Both the position numbers and the translations under genes were made by a program. Positions 12,801 through 23,750 of a stretch of DNA of 64,000 nt are shown in pieces (position 1 is the stretch's first letter; each line of letters begins with the position of its first letter). The stretch spans positions 186,001 through 250,000 of the forward strand of contig NW_013657678.1 in NCBI RefSeq assembly GCF_000142905.1, given 5' to 3'. The stretch is from Thecamonas trahens ATCC 50062. Lineage: Eukaryota > Protista > Apusomonadida. The notes under the pieces are model-generated. The model made no database searches. It was given only the letters and a program-made list of their open reading frames with translations, and was not told where the DNA came from.

Positions 12801-13551
12801 CAGCAGGCTCGGTGAGTGCCTCCGACGCATAGTTTCCAAAGAAGCCAGTGTCGGACTCCACGACTTCGCTCGCCGGTGAGGACTTCACGCTGGCCGTTCC
12901 GTATTGATCCAGGAACCCGCCGTGGCCAGCAGCTGCTGCAAACTGGCCCAGGGTCCCACTGCCGGCATCCACGCCGCCGTCGCCGGGCTCTGCAGTCGGC
13001 TCAGCGCCAAACTGCGACAGAAACCCGTCATCGACCTCGTCGTCACCACCAGCATCAACCTCTTTGGCCACCAGCGACGCCGTGCTCGCCGAGAACTGCT
13101 GGAAGAACCCGCCGTCCGACTCGACAGGCTTGGAGAGAATCTTGGAGAAGAACGAGTTGTCATCACCGCCAGCACCACTCCCAGCTGCCGGCGACCCACG
13201 CTTAGTCGTCACAAACTGGTCAAACAGCGCTGATGCAGGTCCAGCACTGGCCACGCTCGACACGCTCGAGGCAAGCGGCGCCGTCCGCTCCGTTCCCGGC
13301 GCGCCAAACAGGACGGATGCCGCAGCCGAAGCCTCGATGACTCCGCCGCCAGCAGTACCGATATCCTGCCCTCCGGCGCCAAACAACGCCTTTGCCGGGA
13401 GCTCCGGCTCTGCCGCAGGCACCCGTGTCGGATCGGCCTTTGCCGCCCGGCGTGCGCTGAGGAGGGCCGATGGAGACTCGGAGGTCTTTCGCAGCCTCTG
13501 GACGACCGGCTCGGGCAGCGGAGGGGTGGGAGGTGGGAGGTGGTCGGACAT
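6878..13551 (-). CDS. SEC16: COPII/ER exit site protein Sec16 with large N-terminal tandem repeats (spans assembly gap and frameshifts)
   Basis: Central conserved domain FGFGGQIV, FPGPL, WKANLAMIL, QRTEMFE, YKLVYAFQLAEVG. C-terminal AKLGGELKIFRDPKTGKWIN motif followed by a Pro-rich tail. Confidence 0.85.
9144..9555 (-). repeat. 45-bp (15-aa) coding tandem repeat DDYYGQAAGYDQAQA, ~9 copies
   Basis: Direct repeats visible in DNA and translation. Confidence 0.92.
10470..12812 (-). repeat. 102/120-bp coding tandem repeat (EPAVASPATEPVESEGGFFDNY...EPF), ~20 visible copies
   Basis: AAGAAGCCGCCCTCGGACTCCACTGGCTCGG recurs with 102- or 120-bp period. Confidence 0.95.
11909..12008. other. Assembly gap (100 N)
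   Basis: Run of N inside the Sec16 repeat array. Confidence 0.99.
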
Positions 13552-14117
13552 GACTTGTAGAGTTGTGTGGGGTGGGGAGGTGAAGGGGGTGGCTTCTAAA
13601 GATGTGGGGGAGGAGGGGGGAGGAGGGAGGGGGGGGGCGAGGGCGGGGGTAGGGGGGGAGGGGGTGAGTGGGCGCGGACGAGAGGGAAGGGGAGGTCGCC
13701 CACGTCACCGCGAGCAGAGGGGACAGGGACAGGGACAGGGACAATGAACGTGGGAGGGAGGGGGGGGGGGGGGGGGGCGTACTGTGCGTGCACTCTACCT
13801 GTGCAGAGGCGGGGTAAGGAGACGTGTGGTGGTGGCGGGGTAGGCATGGGTGGTAGAGGTGGTAGAGGTGGCAGGCCTGGCCCTCGACCTCGACCTGTCG
13901 TCCGTCTCCCAAGACAGTGGCCGGTGGTGGCAGTGGCGGGTGGCGATGGAAGGCGGGGACTGGTGGCGGCCACACGACACAGACCACTTCCACCAGCCAC
14001 CGACCACCGCCACCCATACCCACCTCCCCCATACCCTCACACTTGCACACACCCCACACTCGCACACACCCCACACTCGTTCACTCGCACACTCGCACAT
14101 ACACACGTGTACCAACC

Positions 14118-14958
14118 ATGCGCCGCAGAGGTGGCATCGGTGGCATCCAGCGCCGCCAGCAGCAGAAGGTACATGCCCCAGACAGCCTACACCCTACCTC
14201 CCCACCACCTCCTCCTCACCCCCCCCCATCCCCCATCCCCCATCCCCCTCCTCATCCTCCTCACTCTCCTCACCCTCATCCTCGCAGAAACGGTTCGAGG
14301 ACGTCGGCGCATCGGTGGAGGAGGCCAAGGTGCAGAACGTGCGCGAGCAGCTGGAGGTCTTCCAGTCGTCGCTGGCCTCATTTGCGGCGCAGTACAAGAG
14401 CGACATCAACCGCAACCCGGCCTTCCGTATGCACTTTCAGCGCATGTGCGCAGACATCGGCGTCGACACCCTGCAGTCGGAAAGTCGTTCTGGTCAAAGC
14501 TCCTCGGCCTCGGTGACTTTTACTACGAGCTCGGCGTCCAGATCGTCGACGTCTGCCTCTCCACCCGCGCCGCAAACGGCGGCCTCATCCTCATGGACGA
14601 GCTCAAGCGCCGTCTTCAGACCCGCCGCGCCGCCACCGCCCAGGAAATCACTGAGGACGACATCGAGCGCGCCATCAAGAAGCTGCGCGTCCTTGGCAAC
14701 GGCTACGCCATCCTCAACGTCGGTGCATCCAAGCTCATCCAATCGGTCCCGTGCGAGCTCAACATCGACCACTCCTCCGTCCTGCTCCTTGCCCAGGACT
14801 CGGCCTCGGTCACGCGCTCCTCCATCAAGGATGCCCTCTCCTGGCCCGACCACCGCATCTCTGCCGTCCTCGATCTACTTGTCCAGGAGGGCATGGCCTG
14901 GGTCGACGAGCAGGGGAAGGAGCCGTCGTACTGGTTCCCTTCGCTCTGGGACGATTGA
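14118..14958 (+). CDS. SNF8: ESCRT-II subunit Vps22/SNF8/EAP30; intron 14169-14287; 1-nt frameshift ~14475
   Basis: MRRRGGIGGI start, INRNPAFRMHFQRMCADIGVD, FWSKLLGLGDFYYELGVQI, WVDEQ...YWFPSL. Confidence 0.92.
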
Positions 14959-15393
14959 CGCCACAGATAACCGCTGGATGCGATCGATCGCTCCCAGAGT
15001 GACCCCAGTCTAGTCAGGAAACTACCAGGTGAAGCCAAGCCCAAGCCGTCCGTCCGGGCGCGCGCGTGTGTGTGTCGCCGCGGAATGAACATCGACGAGC
15101 TCAGGCCACATCTGGTGAACTTATTCTGGGTAGTTATCACACATACGTACATGTACATATACACATACACACATGCTCCGTCGCACTACCACCATCGTGC
15201 AGCGAGTAGCAGTGTTGTTTATGTGACATAGTAAGCATGACCCGCCTTTTTTCTTGATCTTTGATTTTCGCACACCCCGCACGCCACCAACCCCGCTTCC
15301 CTCCCGTACATGCGTAACAATGTGGCGATGCTCCGGCAGCGGCTACCTCTCTTTGCCTCCAAGCACCATAAAGCCAATATTTGAGCAAGTACT

Positions 15394-16914
15394 TTACTTG
15401 TGCAGAACAGTGACTTTCGCTGCCTCGACGGCCTTGGCCGTCGCCCGCCGCAGGTCGGCAACGTCCAGCGCGCGGACAAGCCCGACCACGCCAGCCCGGA
15501 TCTCGTGCAGCGCATCCAGATATTCGGGCTTGACCTCGGACGCGCGCGAAACCCTGAGGGCATGCTCAGTGACTCGCAGCGCACGCTCGACCTTGGCGCA
15601 GCGGATGCGGCTCGGCTCGCGCCCGCCCATGCCACCCTCGGCGTAGTCGGCGTACATCCGCTCCAGGAGCAGGTGCTTCTCGTGCAGTGCAGCAGAAAGG
15701 TCGTTGCGATATGCCTTTGCCGATTGTACAACCGCCTGCGCCTCACACAGCAGCTCACGCAGCCACTCGAGGGCCTCGACCGGTGATGCAAACTTGGTCG
15801 GGAGATCGTCGCGGAACGAGACCTTGTGCCCAGCGGCCGGCACGTGCCAGCCCGCAGACTCGAGGTACGAGACCTTGGCCTTGACAGCGGCGATGCTCTC
15901 GTCGAGCACGGCACCAGCACAAGCCACTTGCTCGTCGTCAGTTCCTGCGGCCATCCGCGACAGCTCGTCGCGCCCGCCGCTTGTCAACGAGTCAATCGGC
16001 GCCGGATTGTACCGCGGGTCCCCTGCCGCGGAGTATACTCCACTGCCTGCTGCCAGCTCGGCCTCGAGCGCCGTCAACAGCGACGTCTGCTCCTCGATGA
16101 CCTGGAGAAGCGAGGCCCGCTCGGAAGCCCAACCTACTGGCGCGTCGACTGCTGGTGGCCGGTCGCTGCCGCCCACCGGCGTGGCTAGGGCAGCGTCGGC
16201 CTCGGCTGCGGCGAGCGACTCGCGTAGCGCTGCGTTTTGGCTCCGCACTCGGGCCAGCTCTGCGTTCTTGGTCTCAAGCGCCGCAGCGAGCGCTTCGTGC
16301 CCGCTCGTCTCGTCCAGGCTCATGCTGCGGGAGCTGGCGTTCGCGGCAGCAAGTTCGGCCAGCTGCGCCGCCAATCGCTCGTTCTGGGCCTCAAGCATGC
16401 GATGGCGGTTGGCAGCCGCGGTGGCAGCAGTATCGGCTGCCGCCTGTGCATCCAACAGCTGTGCCTCTACCAGCGTCAGCCGCGCCCGCATGATGTTGCG
16501 CTCCTCCTGGGCCAGGATGACTGACCGCTCGGCCTGGGACCGCTCAGCCTCGGACCGCAGGCCTGCGCGGGCCTCTGCAGCCTCTGCACGCACCTCAATA
16601 GAGGCACACATGGCCTGCAGCGCGGTGTACTGCTCCAAAGCTGCGTCCCGCTCAGCAGCCAGCGCGTTCTTCTCCGCCGCTGCCGCCGACGCCGCCGCCG
16701 ACGCCGTCGCTCTCGCTGCCGCCAGCTGCGTCTCCAGCTCGGCCACCCGGACCTCCAGCGCCAGCCGCTCGGCGCGAACGTCAGCAAAGGCAGCCGCGGC
16801 AGCCTCGGCCCCGTCCAGTCGTGCTCGCAGACTCTCTCTATCGCCCCGCATGGCGTCCAGCTCCGCCTCGACCTCCGCCAGGCCCTCCTGCAGCGCAAAC
16901 GAGTCGTCGTTGTT

Positions 16915-16947
<33 letters not shown>

Positions 16948-17045
16948 CGCCGCCACCGCCGCCGCCGCCGCCACCTCCTGCTGCCCCCCGCCTACATGAG
17001 CGCCAGCCTCTGCCATGCTTGTTTGCACCCGTTCACCACCACCAC

Positions 17046-17077
<32 letters not shown>

Positions 17078-17223
17078 TCTGCGCCAGCTGTGGCGTCGAG
17101 TGTGTTCGCCATCTGCCGCCCCCCGACTCCCAACCGACCAAACGGCTGCCCCACTCCCCCCCTCTCTCCCTGCCCTCCCCCACACGCTGCACTCATTTGC
17201 TTGTCTGCCTCTCCACCCTCCAC
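15394..17223 (-). CDS. Hypothetical long coiled-coil protein (start may be 17112 or 17016)
   Basis: Long A/E/L/R heptad-rich ORF with GC3-biased codons. Confidence 0.65.
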
Positions 17224-17318
17224 CCTTTCATTCCGAGCTTATCAATCCTTGCTCCTCTTCCCATCTCGATCGGGCACACGCTCCGCGAGTTGGATCGGAC
17301 GGCGGATGTCAGCTCAGC

Positions 17319-18056
17319 TCAGCTCGACGAAGCAGGCGCAGGCGCAGAGCGGCGCGAGTGGGTCCGTGCCGGCACGTTGCGGAACTTGGAGAGCTTGAAC
17401 AGATCGCGGGAAGTGCCCGATGCAGCGGCACGCTTGGTGGCGCCCTGGCGGGCGGAAGCCTCGGCGGCGGCAGCGGCGCGGAACGACTTGCCTGGCAGCT
17501 TGGCAGCGGCCTGGGCGGCGCGGCGGCGCTCGGCCTTGGCGCGCTCGCGCTGCTGATGCTTGGCGAGGTATTCGGCCTGGCCGGAGTTGGACAGCACATC
17601 GGCCATGCCGAACGAGGCCTGGCGGCGGTCCTCGGCGCGGATGGCGTTGCGGACCTTGGTCCGGGCCACGCGCTCCTTGGGCACCGGGTCAGGCCGCCGC
17701 GAGGCAAGCGGCACAAACTTGGCTGCCGGGATGGGCTCAGTGGTGCCCTTGGGCGCCGGCCGCGCCCCGCGGCGGCCGGGCGATCGATGCTTGGCCGGTG
17801 ATGCAGCCTGGACGCCCACCGGCGGCGGGTCAGCCTCCCACGTCATGGCCTTGGCCACGCCGCGTTCGTCGGCCTTGGGCGGGCGCCCGTACCGAAAGTC
17901 CTCAGCCGGCAGTGCATGCGTCGAGCTCCGCGCCTGTCCGGTCACATCCTTGTTGAGAAGCACGTTGCTCTTCATCGACGCCCGCCGCGTCCCGAACCAC
18001 AGCGCCTCGTCGCTCGCCGCCGCGCTGCGCCGGCTCTCTGTCCTGCGCGCCGACAT
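17319..18056 (-). CDS. CFAP77/DUF4483-like ciliary protein
   Basis: NVLLNKDVTGQARSSTHALPAEDFRYG...GVAKAMTW resembles the CFAP77 conserved block. Confidence 0.55.
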   Translation of the reverse strand: MSARRTESRRSAAASDEALWFGTRRASMKSNVLLNKDVTGQARSSTHALPAEDFRYGRPPKADERGVAKAMTWEADPPPVGVQAASPAKHRSPGRRGARPAPKGTTEPIPAAKFVPLASRRPDPVPKERVARTKVRNAIRAEDRRQASFGMADVLSNSGQAEYLAKHQQRERAKAERRRAAQAAAKLPGKSFRAAAAAEASARQGATKRAAASGTSRDLFKLSKFRNVPARTHSRRSAPAPASSS

Positions 18057-18421
18057 CTGCCTCTCTCACTGTCTGCTCTCTGTCTGCTCTCTGTCTGCTC
18101 TCTGTCAACGGCTGAGATGCTCCTACCGACTTTGTGGCACGCTTGGTCGTCTCCTGCTCTCTGTGCTTGCCTCCTTCCCGTTACCGAGTTGAGTGTGAGT
18201 GTGGTCGAAGGGTGGCTGCTCCCGTCTCCCAACGGCCAACGGTCAATGTCGGCCAATGGCGGAATACGGAACACCGAACGGGATTTTGGCTAGCCCCCCC
18301 CCCCCCCCCCGCCAGCCATTTCATGCGACGCCAATTGGCCAGCGCGTGATGGTGGGTGGGTGTGGTCCCTTTGAGGCGCGCGACAATTACCGCTAGGGGT
18401 TTATCCTCTAATCTCGGGGCC

Positions 18422-21400
18422 TCACCGCCGCGGTCGCAACCGCCGCACCATGGGCGTCCGCTCCACAAGCGGCGAGTCATCAGCTGCAACCTCGACCTTG
18501 GCTCCGCGCCCACGCCCACGCCCGCGCCCGCGCCGCGCCTTCTTTGCCGGCGGGGCAAACGGAACCTGATCTTCCTCCTCCACAAAGTCAAAGACGTCGA
18601 ACGATGGCTCGCCACTGCCCTTGCCTCTCTGCCCACTCGCCGACGACTCTGCCCACGACGACTCGGACGGTACAAACTCGGACGACGACGGCGAGATCAT
18701 GGACGAGCCGTCGAGCGCGATCGAGGTTGAGCCGTCGAGAATAATTGAGCCTGAGGCGACCGAGATTGGCGAGCCTGCCGAGGCACCCGAGACGGGCGAG
18801 CCTGCCTCGCTGTCGTCCCGCCGCCTCTTGAGAGTAGCCTCGCTTGCTGCGCTGGCGACCGAAACGTTGCTGGTGAGCATCGAGTTCTCGTCGTTGACAA
18901 CAGCCTCAGCTTCAGCCTCAACCTCGGCCTCAGCTTCAGCCTCAACCTCGGCCTCAGTCTCGGCCTCAGCTTCAGCCTCAACCTCGGCCTCAGTCTCGGC
19001 CTCAGCTTCAGCCTCAACCTCGGCCTCAGTCTCGGCCTCACACTCGTCGTTGACAGAAACAAGATCGGCGCCACCACTGCCGCCTCCACCACTCAAACCC
19101 TCGGATGCAAGCATAGCATCCATGGCCTCAACCAACGCGTCCGTCTCCGAGATGCCAACGCTGGCAAACGAACTCGAGCCGGCGGCAACGCTGGGGCTCA
19201 AACTTCCCACATGGCTCAGGTGCGGACTCGATAGCTGCCATCGCCGCCGGCCCGACGGTGTTGCCTCCAGGTCCATGAGCGAACCTGATGCAAGCATGGC
19301 GTCCATCCGCCCAACCACGTCAGAACCCGGAGTGGCCGGCTTGCGCACCGATGCGATGCGCTCCTCGAGTGACCGGAGTCGCTTGAGCTCCTCGATGGCC
19401 GACGGCGAGAGGAGCTCGGGAACCGCGGAGACCCGGCCAACAATCGGTGACGAGTCGCGGAGCAGAACAAGCTCGCGCTGGAGCTCAACCGTCTTTCCCA
19501 TCATGTTGTGTAGCTTGTCGCGAAGTGAAGCTGCGTCGGCAAGCGCCGCCCGCGACCGGTCCTCCTCAGCGGCCAGCGCCGCCTCCAGCGACTCGATCTT
19601 CATCCGAGCGTTGGCCTCAGCCTGCAGCACCTCGTCCTCGATGAGCTCGTTGACCGCCTTGGTCGACGTCGGTGAGAGCGCGTCGAGCCCGCGACGACCG
19701 ACAGCCGCAGCCGCAGCAGCTGCAGCCTCGGCAAGCTCGTCCTTCACTGCTGCCAGCTCGTCGGCGAGCCGGTCGCGGTCGCTCCGCATGTCGTCGAGCA
19801 GGCCGCAGGTGTGGTCGAGCTCGCGCCGCAGACGGTCGACTTCAGCCGCTGATGCCCCATGCTGCTTACGGATAGTTGAACGCCTCATGATCGAGAGCCT
19901 GCGGTCGTACTTTTCCTCCTGGATCTCGCCGCGAACTGCGTTCTGCGCCTCGTACGCCGCCTGCATCTCCTGAAGCCGTGCCGCCATCTCGCGCGAGACT
20001 TCGTCGCGAATCTCAGCCTCCATGTGAGCCGCTCGCGCCTCTGACTCGATCAGTTGCATCCGCAGCTCCTGGATCTCCTCCACTAGGTCGCGGATGTCGG
20101 CCAGCTCGGCGCTATCGTCGTCTTGCTCCTCGTCGACTCCGCTCATGCTCGACGAGAGGCAGCTTGCCTCGTGCTCGTCGTCCGAGTCCGAAACCGAAAT
20201 TGAGAGCAGCGAGGTGGCAAACTCCGAGTGCGCCATACTCGTGCTTGCTTCTGTTGCTGGCGAAACGCCTCCCGAGAGCTCGATATTCTCATCGAGGACC
20301 TTGGCCAGGACCGGCGAGGCCGCAAACAGCGCGGGCGACTCGAGGCGAGCTTGGGCAATGGCGGCCGCCAGAGCGTTGGCTTGGGCGACAGCCTTGGCCT
20401 TGGCCTGAGCCATGGCAATCATTTCGGCCTTGGCTTTGGCCTTGGCACGGTTGACGACCCGAGTCCGCCCGGTGTCGATCTTCGACTTGGCGGCGACGGT
20501 CGTGATGTCGCGGGCAATGGCCGAGAACTTGAGCACGTGCGCAGTCTCGTCAAAGTGATCTGCCGCCGGCGAGACGTTGACAAGCATGACCACCTTGCCG
20601 TCTTTGCAGTAGTAGTCGCGGAAGAGCCGCGTGAGCTTCGACTCGCGGAACGGGACAACCCGCGGCTTGGCCCGCGGATGATGCTGGTTCCACCGCAGCG
20701 TCTCGAGGCACTTGCCGAGCGTCATCAGCGACGTGTTGATGTTTGACGCTTCCTTCAGCCGCGTACCTGACGCCTGCGTCTTTGCGTACCTTTCTGAACC
20801 GGCCAGATCGATGAACGAGAGGTAGTTGGAGACCAGAAGCTCAGGCTCATCGAGGTACGGCTCGTCGTCGCCGTCGAGCGGAATTACTTCGAGACGGATG
20901 CAGAGGACTGCATGCGACCGCGACGACTCGACGTTGAGCACCGTTGCTGCTGTCTGCCGGTTCGCCTGTCCGGCCGCGAGCACCGCGGCGGCCTCCTCCC
21001 ACGAGCAGACTTGGACCTCGCGTGCGGCCTGGGTGCGGAGCATGCCATCACGCGAGGTGCGGAACTTGAGGACCTCGCGCTTTGGCGGCCGCCCATTGAC
21101 CGGCTCGGGCATCGGCGCGAGCAGGTCGTACATCAGCTCGCAGTAGATCTCGGTGTAGGTGAGAAAGACCCTGTACGAGCAGTTGTCGTTGATCGGGAGC
21201 GCCGACCGGTCGGCCACCCGTGGTGCTGCACTCGACCGGGGTCCTTCCTTCCTGCGCTGTGAGCCAAACTCGTGCGGGACAACGTTGGTCAGGCACTGAC
21301 GACCGTCGATCGAGTTGAAGATGACGTCGAGCGTCCGCGGGATGATCCCTGCCTCGGCCCTGGATCCCTCCATGGTGTGGGTCTTGCCAGCGCCAGTCAT

Positions 21401-21880
21401 GCCGTAGGCAAAGAGAAGGCCGTTGCAGCCCCAGAGAAACGATTCGATGAGCGGGAGTGTTGTCTGGTCAAACATGGTCTTCTGGTCGGTCTCAGGCCCA
21501 AAGACCTTGGTGAAGATGTACCGTCCCTGTCGCTCGCCCTTGGATTTGAACGCCTGCGACGCCGGCGGCGGAACGACAGCAACTTGCTGCGACGACGCTT
21601 GCGCCAGGCATGGCGTTGCGCCCATCCCGCCGTGCTCCTCCTTACGCAGCGGGCGGATCCGCAGGTACACCTTGACCTTTTCCAGCGCCGAGTCGGTCCT
21701 CACCGCCCGGGCTCCTGCCGACGCGCTGCCCTTGGCCTCGTCTGCGGGCGGGGCATCATCATCCACACCAGCAGCCTCCTGCACCTCATCTCTGTCTTCA
21801 CCGCTCTCTGACATCAGCGACTCGTTCATGAAAAGCCGCTTCTTGAGCTTCCTCACCGACTCGGGCGTCGCGACCTCCAT
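18422..21880 (-). CDS. Kinesin-6 family motor (KIF20/MKLP-like) with coiled-coil stalk
   Basis: VKVYLRIRP, P-loop AYGMTGAGKTHT, SSRSHA, DLAGSER, INTSLMTLGKC, VPFRESKLTRLF; extended loop after helix 2 as in kinesin-6. Confidence 0.9.
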   Translation of the reverse strand: MEVATPESVRKLKKRLFMNESLMSESGEDRDEVQEAAGVDDDAPPADEAKGSASAGARAVRTDSALEKVKVYLRIRPLRKEEHGGMGATPCLAQASSQQVAVVPPPASQAFKSKGERQGRYIFTKVFGPETDQKTMFDQTTLPLIESFLWGCNGLLFAYGMTGAGKTHTMEGSRAEAGIIPRTLDVIFNSIDGRQCLTNVVPHEFGSQRRKEGPRSSAAPRVADRSALPINDNCSYRVFLTYTEIYCELMYDLLAPMPEPVNGRPPKREVLKFRTSRDGMLRTQAAREVQVCSWEEAAAVLAAGQANRQTAATVLNVESSRSHAVLCIRLEVIPLDGDDEPYLDEPELLVSNYLSFIDLAGSERYAKTQASGTRLKEASNINTSLMTLGKCLETLRWNQHHPRAKPRVVPFRESKLTRLFRDYYCKDGKVVMLVNVSPAADHFDETAHVLKFSAIARDITTVAAKSKIDTGRTRVVNRAKAKAKAEMIAMAQAKAKAVAQANALAAAIAQARLESPALFAASPVLAKVLDENIELSGGVSPATEASTSMAHSEFATSLLSISVSDSDDEHEASCLSSSMSGVDEEQDDDSAELADIRDLVEEIQELRMQLIESEARAAHMEAEIRDEVSREMAARLQEMQAAYEAQNAVRGEIQEEKYDRRLSIMRRSTIRKQHGASAAEVDRLRRELDHTCGLLDDMRSDRDRLADELAAVKDELAEAAAAAAAAVGRRGLDALSPTSTKAVNELIEDEVLQAEANARMKIESLEAALAAEEDRSRAALADAASLRDKLHNMMGKTVELQRELVLLRDSSPIVGRVSAVPELLSPSAIEELKRLRSLEERIASVRKPATPGSDVVGRMDAMLASGSLMDLEATPSGRRRWQLSSPHLSHVGSLSPSVAAGSSSFASVGISETDALVEAMDAMLASEGLSGGGGSGGADLVSVNDECEAETEAEVEAEAEAETEAEVEAEAEAETEAEVEAEAEAEVEAEAEAVVNDENSMLTSNVSVASAASEATLKRRRDDSEAGSPVSGASAGSPISVASGSIILDGSTSIALDGSSMISPSSSEFVPSESSWAESSASGQRGKGSGEPSFDVFDFVEEEDQVPFAPPAKKARRGRGRGRGRGAKVEVAADDSPLVERTPMVRRLRPRR
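18902..19040 (-). repeat. Acidic low-complexity coding repeat (EAETEAEVEAEA)n in the kinesin tail
   Basis: Repeated CTCGGCCTCAGCTTCAGCCTCAAC units. Confidence 0.8.
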
Positions 21881-21890
21881 GGCCTGGGTT

Positions 21891-21904
21891 GATTGGCGCC
21901 AAAA
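21891..21904 (-). promoter_or_regulatory. Candidate E2F site (TTTTGGCGCC) overlapping a CCAAT element, just upstream of the kinesin-6 ATG
   Basis: Minus strand reads TTTTGGCGCCAATC, matching the TTTSSCGC consensus. Confidence 0.35.
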
Positions 21905-22164
21905 CGCCGCCGTCGTTCGATCATTCGCGGAGGAAGGGGGAACGGGGGGGAAGGGGTGAGTGTGGTTGCCGGGGGGTGGGTGGGGGTGGGAAAGGAGAAT
22001 ATACAGGTGGGGGTTTAGCATACGTGTGGGTCTTCCGTAGAAGGGGTAACGGGGTGAAGAGAGCTGTGGCTGCGGGGGTGGTGGGTGGGAGCCGGACTTT
22101 GGGCCACCTGCCCGGCGCCGCTGCCGAATGTCCCAGAACTCGCGCCGAGAGCGGCGGATGGAGG

Positions 22165-23361
22165 TTAGATGACCGGCGGGAGGACAGCGCGGACAAGGGC
22201 GTGGACTGGCCGGCACGAGACAACAACGGCGGCGGTCGAGGAGATCATCCGGCGAAAGGCTGCGATGAGGAGTGCCGACGGCAGGGTGATGATGTAGGCA
22301 ACGGAGCGGGCGGCGGCGGCGGAGGCATGCGCAGCGCGAACCAAGAGCCGGATCAGCGCGCCGGCGACGGTGCGGACGGCTGGTGTGACGACCGGAATGT
22401 GCGGGAGGGTGAACCAAGCCGGTAGCGCCGGAAGGGCGGGGAGGGCTTGGAAAGGCGTGACGGCAGAGAGGCGCGGAAGAGCGATAGCTGGAACCGGGAC
22501 CATGGGCGCAAGCTGGGCGCCGACGGTGAGGCAAGCAGCAAGGAGGGCGTGAAAAGCGACGACAGTAACAGCTTGCTGGACCTGGCTCCGGATCCAGGCA
22601 TGCCAGGGCGTGTCGAGGCCCTGCCAGCACCACGTGGTCTTGACGGCGTGGAACTCTTGGCCGCAGGCGAAGCAGACCTCGCAGCGGCACTGGGTGCAGG
22701 CGATGTAGCGGCAGCCTGCAGCGCGCGAGAGTGCAATGCCGCATTGCGGACACGGGCGGGTAAAGAGCCAGAGCCAGAGGCGCGAGGCGACGTTGTGGGC
22801 GGCGGCAACAAGCGATGGCGCGGCGATGGCGGGCACGTCCTGGTGGAGCGGGCCATCCGACTCGTTGCGCACCACGGTGATGTCGACGGCGCAACCGGGA
22901 CACGGCGTCCGGCACTCGACGGCGCCGGCGCCTATCCCAGCATCGGGAACGGCGACGATCCAGGCGGCGCGGCAACGGGCCTGGCGGCACTCGACGAGGG
23001 CCTCGGAGCGCGGAGCAGCGACAAGCTGCCCCGCAGCGGAAGCCAGCTCACGGCGGGCGAGCGCGCGGGCGTAGGCCGCAGCGATCCGCGGCGGGAGAAA
23101 GCCCGGCGCGGCTGCCGGTGGGCAGACCGTGGCGCAGAGCGCGCCCGTCTCCTGGTCCACAGCCAGACAGGTGACCGGCGGCGGCGCGGCGAGGCCGGCC
23201 AGAACCGACGGCGGCGGAAGCTTGGCGGCGAGGGCGATGGGGAGGCAAGCGGCGCAGAAAGCGGCATGACGCGGGCAGAACGACGGCGGCGGTGGCTGTA
23301 CAGGAAGCGCAACATCACACGCTGCGCATGCAGCCACCTCTGCCTCCGTCACCGTCGCCAT
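22165..23361 (-). CDS. RBR/IBR-type zinc-finger protein with C-terminal hydrophobic segments
   Basis: CPQCGIALSRAAGCRYIACTQCRCEVCFACG (RING2/IBR-like) plus degenerate upstream Cys clusters. Confidence 0.7.
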   Translation of the reverse strand: MATVTEAEVAACAACDVALPVQPPPPSFCPRHAAFCAACLPIALAAKLPPPSVLAGLAAPPPVTCLAVDQETGALCATVCPPAAAPGFLPPRIAAAYARALARRELASAAGQLVAAPRSEALVECRQARCRAAWIVAVPDAGIGAGAVECRTPCPGCAVDITVVRNESDGPLHQDVPAIAAPSLVAAAHNVASRLWLWLFTRPCPQCGIALSRAAGCRYIACTQCRCEVCFACGQEFHAVKTTWCWQGLDTPWHAWIRSQVQQAVTVVAFHALLAACLTVGAQLAPMVPVPAIALPRLSAVTPFQALPALPALPAWFTLPHIPVVTPAVRTVAGALIRLLVRAAHASAAAARSVAYIITLPSALLIAAFRRMISSTAAVVVSCRPVHALVRAVLPPVI

Positions 23362-23750
23362 GCCGACCCGCTCGCGGCACCTGCCCGGCGTTTCCGACGG
23401 GCCGGGCATGCTGATAAGAGAGGGTTAGGGGAGGAAGAGGGGGAGGGGGGGGGGGGAGGGGCGGATATCTGGTGGAAATGCGGAAGTAAGTTCGGAAGAA
23501 TGGAGGCGAGTGTATGGCTGTGTGTGGAGATGGTGGCGGTGACGGTGGCGGTGACCCTCCCGGCCGAATGACGCGCAAGGGGAGAGGGGGGGGAGTCTTC
23601 CGCCTTTGTGACTAAGTCCGTCGCCCGTGGCACCCGATCCCGTCTCCGCCGCCCAACCACCGAACCCCCCCCTCTCCCTCACCACACCTCGGCACCCAGC
23701 CCCTCCCCACTGCTTACGCACACTGCCACCGCTCCTCCCCCAGAAGGCAC

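Noticed and set aside
10470-12812. Regular repeats resembling a CRISPR array
   Set aside because: No unique spacers, unit lengths are multiples of 3 and code in frame within Sec16, no cas genes, eukaryotic context
21881-22990. 370-aa N-terminal extension of the kinesin ORF
   Set aside because: Off-frame shadow of the IBR gene plus intergenic C-rich tract; the likely start is ATG 21880
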